Shown: positions 55,001 through 64,000 of the stretch, piece after piece
Layout: every line of letters begins with the position of its first letter
Numbering within the stretch: position 1 is the stretch's first letter
DNA from: Antedon mediterranea
Lineage: Eukaryota; Animalia; Echinodermata
DNA: 64,000 nt
Reading direction: 5' to 3'
NCBI RefSeq assembly: GCF_964355755.1
Contig: NC_092675.1
Coordinates: forward strand, 13,387,812 to 13,451,811
The notes under the pieces: generated by a model
Database searches by the model: none
The model's input: only the letters and a program-made list of their open reading frames with translations
Told to the model about the DNA's origin: nothing
Program-made: the position numbers and the translations under genes

Positions 55001-58000
55001 ACCAAAGTGCTTAGAATAGCTTCAAATCGCATTTGGAGACGTTTTAGAACATTTTGTGTTCTTCGAAAAAACCTGTTAACATAAAAACACCAAAGTGCTT
55101 AGAATAGCTTCAAATCGCATTTGGAGACGTTTTAGACCATTTTGTGATTTTTGAAAAAACTTGTTAACATAAAAACACCAAAGTGCTTAGAATAGCTTCA
55201 AATCACATTTGGAGACGTTTTAGACCATTTTGTGATTTTCGAAAAAACTTGTTAACATAAAAACACGAAAGTGCTTAGAATAGCTTCAAATCGCATTTGG
55301 AAACGTTTTAGACCATTTTGTGATTTTCGAAAAAGATTGTTAACATAAAAACACCAAAGTGCTTAGAATCACAATATAAACCGTTTTAGACCATTTTGAG
55401 CATTTCGATAACAATTTTCACACAAAAACATCAAAGAGCACAAAATAGCTTAATATCGTATTTAAAAATGTTTTAGACCATTTTGAGCATTTAGATAAAA
55501 CTTTTTCACACAAAACACCAAAGTGCTTAGAATAGCTTCAAATCGCATTTGGAGACGGTTTAGACCATTTTGTGATTTTGAAAAAACTTGTTAACATAAA
55601 AACACCAAAGTGCTTAGAATAGCTTCAAATCGCATTTGGAGACGTTTTAGACCATTTTGTGATTTTCGAAAAAACTTGTTAACATAAAAACACCAAAGTG
55701 CTTAGAATAGCTTCAAATCGTATTTGGAGACGTTTTAGACCATTTTGAGATTTTCGAAAAAACTTGGTTACACAAAAACATCAAAGTGCTTAAAATCACA
55801 TTATAAACCGTTTTAGACCATTTTGAACATTTCGATAACACTTTTCACACAAAAACATCAAAGAGCACAAAATAGCTTAATATCGTATTTAAAAACGTTT
55901 TAGACCATTTTGAGCATTTCGACAAAACTTTTTCACACAAAACACCAAAGTGCTTAGAATAGCTTCAAATCGCATTTGGAGACGTTTTAGACCAATTTGT
56001 GCATTTCGATGAAACTTGATTACACAAAAACATCAACGTGCTTAAAATCACATTATAAACCGTTTTAGACCATTTTGAGCATTTCGATAACACTTTTCAC
56101 ACAAAAACATCAAAGAGCACAAAATAGCTTAATATCGTATTTAAAAACGTTTTAGACCATTTTGAGCATTTAGACAAAACTTTTTCACACAAAACACCAA
56201 AGTGCTTAGAATAGCTTCAAATCGCATTTGGAGACGTTTTAGACCATTTTGTGCATTTCGATGAAGCTTGGTTACACAAAAACATCAAAGTGCTTAAAAT
56301 CACATTATAAATCGTTTTAGACCATTTTGAGCATTTCGACAAAACTTTTTCACACAAAATACCAAAGGGCTTAGAATAGCTTCAAATCGCATTTGGAGAC
56401 GTTTTAGACCATTTTGTGATTTTCGAAAAAACTTTTTAACATAAAAACACCAAAGTGCTTAGAATAGCTTCAAATCACATTTGGAGACGTTTTAGACCAT
56501 TTTGTGATTTTCGAAAAAACTTGTTAACATAAAAACACGAAAGTGCTTAGAATAGCTTCAAATCGCATTTGGAAACGTTTTAGACCATTTTGTGATTTTC
56601 GAAAAAAATTGTTAACATAAAAACACCAAAGTGCTTAGAATCACATTATAAACCGTTTTAGACCATTTTGAGCTTTTCGATAACAATTTTCACACAAAAA
56701 CATCAAAGAGCACAAAATAGCTTAATATCGTATTTAAAAATGTTTTAGACCATTTTGAGCATTTAGATAAAACTTTTTCACACAAAACACCAAAGTGCTT
56801 AGAATAGCTTCAAATCGCATTTGGAGACGTTTTAGACCATTTTGTGATTTTTGAAAAAACTTGTTAACATAAAAACACCAAAGTGTTAGAATAGCTTCAA
56901 ATCACATTTGGAGACGTTTCAGACCATTTTGTGATTTTCGAAAAAACTTGTTAACATAAAAACACGAAAGTGCTTAGAATAGCTTCAAATCGAATTTGGA
57001 AACGTTTTAGACCATTTTGTGATTTTCGAAAAAACTTGTTAACATAAAAACACGAAAGTGCTTAGAATAGCTTCAAATCGCATTTGGAAACGTTTTAGAC
57101 CATTTTGTGATTTTCGAAAAAAATTGTTAACATAAAAACACCAAAGTGTTTAGAATAGCTTCAAATCGCATTTGGAGACGTTTTAGACCAATTTGTGATT
57201 TTCGAAAAAACTTATCAACATAAAAACACCAAATCGCATTTGGAGACGTTTTAGACCATTTTGTGATTTTGAAAAAACTTGTTAACATAAAAACACCAAA
57301 GTGCTTAAAATCACATTATAAATCGTTTTAGACCATTTTGAGCATTTCGACAAAACTTTTTCACACAAAATACCAAAGGGCTTCAAATCGCATTTGGAGA
57401 CGTTTTAGACCATTTTGTGATTTTCGAAAAAACTTTTTAACATAAAAACACCAAAGTGCTTAGAATAGCTTCAAATCACATTTGGAGACGTTTTAGACCA
57501 TTTTGTGATTTTCGAAAAAACTTGTTAACATAAAAACACGAAAGTGCTTAGAATAGCTTCAAATCGCATTTAGAAACGTTTTAGACCATTTTGTGATTTT
57601 CGAAAAAAATTGTTAACATAAAAACACCAAAGTGCTTAGAATCACATTATAAACCGTTTTAGACCATTTTGAGCATTTCGATAACAATTTTCACACAAAA
57701 ACATCAAAGAGCACAAAATAGCTTAATATCGTATTTAAAAATGTTTTAGACCATTTTGAGCAATTAGATAAAACTTTTTCACACAAAACACCAACGTGCT
57801 TAGAATAGCTTCAAATCGCATTTGGAGACGTTTTAGACCATTTTGTGATTTTTGAAAAAACTTGTTAACATAAAAACACCAAAGTGCTTAGAATAGCTTC
57901 AAATCACATTTGGAGACGTTTTAGACCATTTTGTGATTTTCGAAAAAACTTGTTAACATAAAAACACGAAAGTGCTTAGAATAGCTTCAAATCGCATTTG

Positions 58001-58900
58001 GAAACGTTTTAGACCATTTTGTGATTTTCGAAAAAAATTGTTAACATAAAAACACCAAAGTGTTTAGAATAGCTTCAAATCGCATTTGGAGACGTTTTAG
58101 ACCAATTTGTGATTTTCGAAAAAACTTATCAACATAAAAACACCAAAGGGTTTAGAATAGCTTCAAATCGCATTTGGAGACGTTTTAGACCATTTTGTGA
58201 TTTTGAAAAAACTTGTTAACATAAAAACACCAAAGTGCTTAGAATAGCTTCAAATCGCATTTGGAGACGTTTTAGACCATTTTGTGATTTTCGAAAAAAC
58301 TTGTTAACATAAAAACACCAAAGTGCTTAGAATAGCTTCAAATCGTATTTGGAGACGTTTTAGACCATTTTGAGATTTTCGAAAAAACTTGGTTACACAA
58401 AAACATCAAAGTGCTTAAAATCACATTATAAACCGTTTTAGACCATTTTTAGCATTTCGGTAACACTTTTCACACAAAAACATCAAAGAGCACAAAATAG
58501 CTTAATATCGTATTTAAAAACGTTTTAGACCATTTTGAGCATTTAGACAAAACTTTTTCACACAAAACACCAAAGTGCTTAGAATAGCTTCAAATCGCAT
58601 TTGGAGACGTTTTAGACCATTTTGTGCATTTCGATGAAACTTGGTTACACAAAAACATTAAAGTGCTTAAAATCACATTATAAATCGTTTTAGACCATTT
58701 TGAGCATTTCGACAAAACTTTTTCACACAAAATACCAAAGTGCTTAGAATAGCTTCAAATCGCATTTGGAGAGGTTTTAGACCATTTTGTGATTTTCGAA
58801 AAAACTTTTTAACGTTTTAGACCATAAGTGCTTAGAATCACATTATAAACCGTTTTAGACCATTTTGAGCATTTCGATAACAATTTTCACACAAAACATC
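47430..58900 (+). repeat. About 6.0-kb/4.84-kb tandem higher-order duplication
   Basis: Lines 48421-50520 match lines 54421-56520 at offset 6000 with few differences; AAGCTT at 50264 and 56264; CATAAG at 47981, 53982 and 58823. Confidence 0.92.
51205..53250 (+). repeat. 1023-bp tandem duplication nested in the 6-kb unit
   Basis: TAAATCT at 51231 and 52254; TTTAGAAACG at 51481 and 52504; AGCAATTAGA at 51671 and 52694. Confidence 0.93.
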
Positions 58901-59054
58901 AAAGAGCACAAAATAGCTTAATATCGTATTTAAAAATGTTTTAGACCATTTTGAGCATTTAGATAAAACTTTTTCACACAAAACACCAAAGTGCTTAGAA
59001 TAGCTTCAAATCGCATTTGGAGACGGTTTAGACCATTTTGTGATTTTTGAAAAA

Positions 59055-62000
59055 ACTTGTTAACATAAAAACATGAAAGTGCTTAGAATAGCTTCAAATC
59101 ACATTTGGAGACGTTGTAGACCATTTTGTGATTTTTGAAAAAACTTGTTAACATAAAAACACGAAAGTGCTTAGAATAGCTTCAAATCGCATTTGGAAAC
59201 GTTTTAGACCATTTTGTGATTTTCGAAAAAGATTGTTAACATAAAAACACCAATGTGCTTAGAATCACAATATAAACCGTTTTAGACCATTTTGAGCATT
59301 TCGATAACAATTTTCACACAAAAACATCAAAGAGCACAAAATAGCTTAATATTGTATTTATAAATGTTTTAGACCATTTTGAGCATTTCGACAAAACTTT
59401 TTCACACAAAACACCAAAGTGCTTAGAATAGCTTCAAATCGCATTTGGAGACGTTTTTTATACCATTTTGTGATTTCGATGAAACTTGATTACACAAAAA
59501 CATCAAAGTGCTTAAAATCACATTATAAACCGTTTTAGACCATTTTGAGCATTTCGATAACACTTTTCACACAAAAACATCAAAGAGCACAAAATAGCTT
59601 AATATCGTATTTAAAAACGTTTTAGACCATTTTGAGCATTTAGACAAAACTTTTTCACACAAAACACCAAAGTGCTTAGAATAGCTTCAAATCGCATTTG
59701 GAGACGTTTTAGACCAATTTGTGCATTTCGATGAAACTTGATTACACAAAAACATCAAAGTGCTTAAAATCACATTATAAACCGTTTTAGACCATTTTGA
59801 GCATTTCGATAACACTTTTCACACAAAAACATCAAAGAGCACAAAATAGCTTAATATCGTATTTAAAAACGTTTTAGACCATTTTGAGCATTTAGACAAA
59901 ACTTTTTCACACAAAACACCAAAGTGCTAAGAATAGCTTCAAATCGCATTTGGAGACGTTTTAGAACATTTTGTGTTTTTCGAAAAAAACTGTTAACATA
60001 AAAACACCAAAGTGCTTAGAATAGCTTCAAATCGCATTTGGAGACGTTTTAGAACATTTTGTGTTCTTCGAAAAAACCTGTTAACATAAAAACACCAAAG
60101 TGCTTAGAATAGCTTCAAATCGCATTTGGAGACGTTTTAGACCATTTTGTGATTTTTGAAAAAACTTGTTAACATAAAAACACCAAAGTGCTTAGAATAG
60201 CTTCAAATCACATTTGGAGACGTTTTAGACCATTTTGTGATTTTCGAAAAAACTTGTTAACATAAAAACACGAAAGTGCTTAGAATAGCTTCAAATCGCA
60301 TTTGGAAACGTTTTAGACCATTTTGTGATTTTCGAAAAAGATTGTTAACATAAAAACACCAAAGTGCTTAGAATCACAATATAAACCGTTTTAGACCATT
60401 TTGAGCATTTCGATAACAATTTTCACACAAAAACATCAAAGAGCACAAAATAGCTTAATATCGTATTTAAAAATGTTTTAGACCATTTTGAGCATTTAGA
60501 TAAAATTTTTCACACAAAACACCAAAGTGCTTAGAATAGCTTCAAATCGCATTTGAAGACGGTTTAGACCATTTTGTGATTTTGAAAAAACTTGTTAACA
60601 TAAAAACACCAAAGTGCTAAGAATAGCTTCAAATCGCATTTGGAGACGTTTTAGACCATTTTGTGATTTTCGAAAAAACTTGTTAACATAAAAACACCAA
60701 AGTGCTTAGAATAGCTTCAAATCGTATTTGGAGACGTTTTAGACCATTTTGAGATTTTCGAAAAAACTTGGTTACACAAAAACATCAAAGTGCTTAAAAT
60801 CACATTATAAACCGTTTTAGACCATTTTGAACATTTCGATAACACTTTTCACACAAAAACATCAAAGAGCACAAAATAGCTTAATATCGTATTTAAAAAC
60901 GTTTTAGACCATTTTAAGCATTTCGACAAAACTTCTTCACACAAAACACCAAAGTGCTTAGAATAGCTTCAAATCGCATTTGGAGACGTTTTAGACCAAT
61001 TTGTGCATTTCGATGAAACTTGATTACACAAAAACATCAACGTGCTTAAAATCACATTATAAACCGTTTTAGACCATTTTGAGCATTTCGATAACACTTT
61101 TCACACAAAAACATCAAAGAGCACAAAATAGCTTAATATCGTATTTAAAAACGTTTTAGACCATTTTGAGCATTTAGACAAAACTTTTTCACACAAAACA
61201 CCAAAGTGCTTAGAATAGCTTCAAATCGCATTTGGAGACGTTTTAGACCATTTTGTGCATTTCGATGAAACTTGGTTACACAAAAACATCAAAGTGCTTA
61301 AAATCACATTATAAATCGTTTTAGACCATTTTGAGCATTTCGACAAAACTTTTTCACACAAAATACCAAAGGGCTTAGAATAGCTTCAAATCGCATTTGG
61401 AGACGTTTTAGACCATTTTGTGATTTTCGAAAAAACTTTTTTAACATAAAAAGACAAAAGTGCTTAGAATAGCTTCAAATCACATTTGGAGACGTTTTAG
61501 ACCATTTTGTGATTTTCGAAAAAACTTGTTAACATAAAAACACGAAAGTGCTTAGAATAGCTTCAAATCGCATTTGGAAACGTTTTAGACCATTTTGTGA
61601 TTTTCGAAAAAAATTGTTAACATAAAAACACCAAAGTGCTTAGAATCACATTATAAACCGTTTTAGACCATTTTGAGCATTTCGATAACAATTTTCACAC
61701 AAAAACATCAAAGAGCACAAAATAGCTTAATATCGTATTTAAAAATGTTTTAGACCATTTTGAGCATTTAGATAAAACTTTTTCACACAAAACACCAAAG
61801 TGCTTAGAATAGCTTCAAATCGCATTTGGAGACGGTTTAGACCATTTTGTGATTTTGAAAAAACTTGTTAACATAAAAACACCAAAGTGCTTAGAATAGC
61901 TTCAAATCGCATTTGGAGACGTTTTAGACCATTTTGTGATTTTCGAAAGAACTTGTTAACATAAAAACACCAAAGTGCTTAGAATAGCTTCAAATCGTAT

Positions 62001-63875
62001 TTGGAGACGTTTTAGACCCTTTTGAGATTTTCGAAAAAACTTGGTTACACAAAAACATCAAAGTGCTTAAAATCACATTATAAACCGTTTTAGACCATTT
62101 TGAACATTTCGATAACACTTTTCACACAAAAACATCAAAGAGCACAAAATAGCTTAATATCGTATTTAAAAACGTTTTAGACCATTTTGAGCATTTCGAC
62201 AAAACTTTTTCACACCAAAGTGCTTAGAATAGCTTCAAATCGCATTTGGAGACGTTTTAGACCATTTTGTGATTTTCGAAAAAACTTATCAACATAAAAA
62301 CACCAAAAGGTTTAGAATAGCTTCAAATCGCATTTGGAGACGTTTTAGACCATTTTGTGATTTTTGAAAAAACTTGTTAACATAAAAACACCAAAGTGCT
62401 TAGAATAGCTTCAAATCACATTTGGAGACGTTTTAGACCATTTTGTGATTTTCGAAAAAACTTGTTAACATAAAAACACGAAAGTGCTTAGAATAGCTTC
62501 AAATCGCATTTGGAAACGTTTTAGACCATTTTGTGATTTTCGAAAAAGATTGTTAACATAAAAACACCAAAGTGCTTAGAATCACAATATAAACCGTTTT
62601 AGACCATTTTGAGCATTTCGATAACAATTTTCACACAAAAACATCAAAGAGCACAAAATAGCTTAATATCGTATTTAAAAATGTTTTAGACCATTTTGAG
62701 CATTTAGATAAAATTTTTCACACAAAACACCAAAGTGCTTAGAATAGCTTCAAATCGCATTTAGAGACGGTTTAGACCATTTTGTGATTTTGAAAAAACT
62801 TGTTAACATAAAAACACCAAAGTGCTTAGAATAGCTTCAAATCGCATTTGGAGACGTTTTAGACCATTTTGTGATTTTCGAAAAAACTTGTTAACATAAA
62901 AACACCAAAGTGCTTAGAATAGCTTCAAATCGCATTTGGAGACGTTTTAGACCATTTTGTGATTTTCGAAAAAACTTGTTAACATAAAAACACCAAAGTG
63001 CTTAGAATAGCTTCAAATCGTATTTGGAGACGTTTTAGACCATTTTGAGATTTTCGAAAAAAACTTGGTTACACAAAAACATCAAAGTGCTTAAAATCAC
63101 ATTATAAACCGTTTTAGACCATTTTGAGCATTTCGATAACACTTTTCACACAAAAACATCAAAGAGCACAAAATAGCTTAATATCGTATTTAAAAACGTT
63201 TTAGACCATTTTGAGCATTTCGACAAAACTTTTTCACACAAAACACCAAAGTGCTTAGAATAGCTTCAAATCGCATTTGGAGACGTTTTAGACCAATTTG
63301 TGCATTTCGATGAAACTTGATTACACAAAAACATCAAAGTGCTTAAAATCACATTATAAACCGTTTTAGACCATTTTGAGCATTTCGATAACACTTTTCA
63401 CACAAAAACATCAAAGAGCACAAAATAGCTTAATATCGTATTTAAAAACGTTTTAGACCATTTTGAGCATTTAGACAAAACTTTTTCACACAAAACACCA
63501 AAGTGCTTAGAATAGCTTCAAATCGCATTTGGAGACGTTTTAGAACATTTTGTGTTTTTTGAAAAAAACTGTTAACATAAAAACACCAAAGTGCTTAGAA
63601 TAGCTTCAAATCGCATTTGGAGACGTTTTAGAACATTTTGTGTTCTTCGAAAAAACCTGTTAACATAAAAACACCAAAGTGTTTAGAATAGCTTCAAATC
63701 GCATTTGGAGACGTTTTAGACCATTCTGTGATTTTTGAAAAAACTTGTTAACATAAAAACACCAAAGTGCTTAGAATAGCTTCAAATCACATTTGGAGAC
63801 GTTTTAGACCATTTTGTGATTTTCGAAAAAACTTGTTAACATAAAAACACGAAAGTGCTTAGAATAGCTTCAAAT
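59055..63875 (+). repeat. About 4.8-kb near-identical copy of about 35010-39830 (offset 24045 bp)
   Basis: Six or more variants at constant offset 24045: ACGTTG 35066/59111, GCTAAG 35881/59926, ACTTCTT 36886/60931, GACAAAAG 37408/61453, ACCC 37971/62016, AAAGG 38261/62306. Confidence 0.94.
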
Positions 63876-64000
63876 CGCATTTGGAGACGTTTTAGAACAT
63901 TTTGTGTTCTTCGAAAAAACCTGTTAACATAAAAACTCCAAAGTGCTTAGAATAGCTTCAAATCGCATTTGGAGACGTTTTAGACCATTTTGTGATTTTC

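Larger units (their letters stand above)
1..64000. repeat. Tandem satellite DNA array, 77-88 bp monomer family (A 88, B 77, C 87, D 88, E 77 bp), single orientation, running off both window ends
   Basis: Every line is made of copies of the same motifs (AAAGTGCTTA, GTTTTAGACCATTTTG, AAAAACACC/AAAAACATC). Periods measured directly: A 6841-6928 (88 bp), B 6181-6257 (77 bp), C 8641-8727 (87 bp), E 13381-13457 (77 bp). No non-repeat sequence was found. Confidence 0.99.

Noticed and set aside
48421-56520. The exactly round 6000-bp offset as a sign of artificial construction
   Set aside because: The offset shifts to 6001 upstream and by +88 downstream, the copies differ by substitutions, and the length is explained by sums of monomers.
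1-64000. CRISPR array (conserved GTTTTAG... core superficially like type II-A repeats GTTTTAGAGC)
   Set aside because: The sequences between cores are themselves near-identical repeats rather than unique spacers, and there is no cas gene or leader.
1-64000. Telomeric repeat, tRNA/5S tandem array, transposon or inversion
   Set aside because: No tandem TTTAGGG/TTAGGG, no tRNA or 5S hallmarks, no TIR/LTR/TSD-bounded insert and no reverse-orientation monomers were seen on reading.

Overview
The whole 64 kb window is one uninterrupted, head-to-tail, AT-rich (about 30-32% GC by hand count of the monomers) tandem satellite array in a single orientation. I see no genes, RNA genes, transposon insertions, inversions or unique spacers. 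It is built from related monomers of 77-88 bp that share the core GTTTTAGACCATTTTG. A (88 bp) is AAAGTGCTTAGAATAGCTTCAAATCGCATTTGGAGACGTTTTAGACCATTTTGTGATTTTCGAAAAAACTTGTTAACATAAAAACACC. B (77 bp) lacks a 10-bp sub-unit and carries AATCACATTATAAACCG. C (87 bp) starts AAAGAGCACAAAATAGCTTAATATCGTATTTAAAAA. D (88 bp) has the A head and a GCATTTCGATGAAACTTG(A/G)TTACAC tail. E (77 bp) is a B-head/C-tail chimera. The monomers follow an ordered grammar: B is followed by C, there are 252-bp B-C-D trimers, and A runs vary in length. They form nested higher-order duplications, with offsets of 300, 682, 846, 1023, 1925, 2292, 3578, about 5449, 6000, about 11.1-11.3 kb, 16151 and 24045 bp, measured from shared diagnostic variants. 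This organisation resembles a eukaryotic (peri)centromeric or heterochromatic satellite, which is an inference; I cannot name the family or organism. The two provided ORFs are incidental readings of the repeat. Duplication boundaries are approximate; offsets were counted by hand from marker positions.
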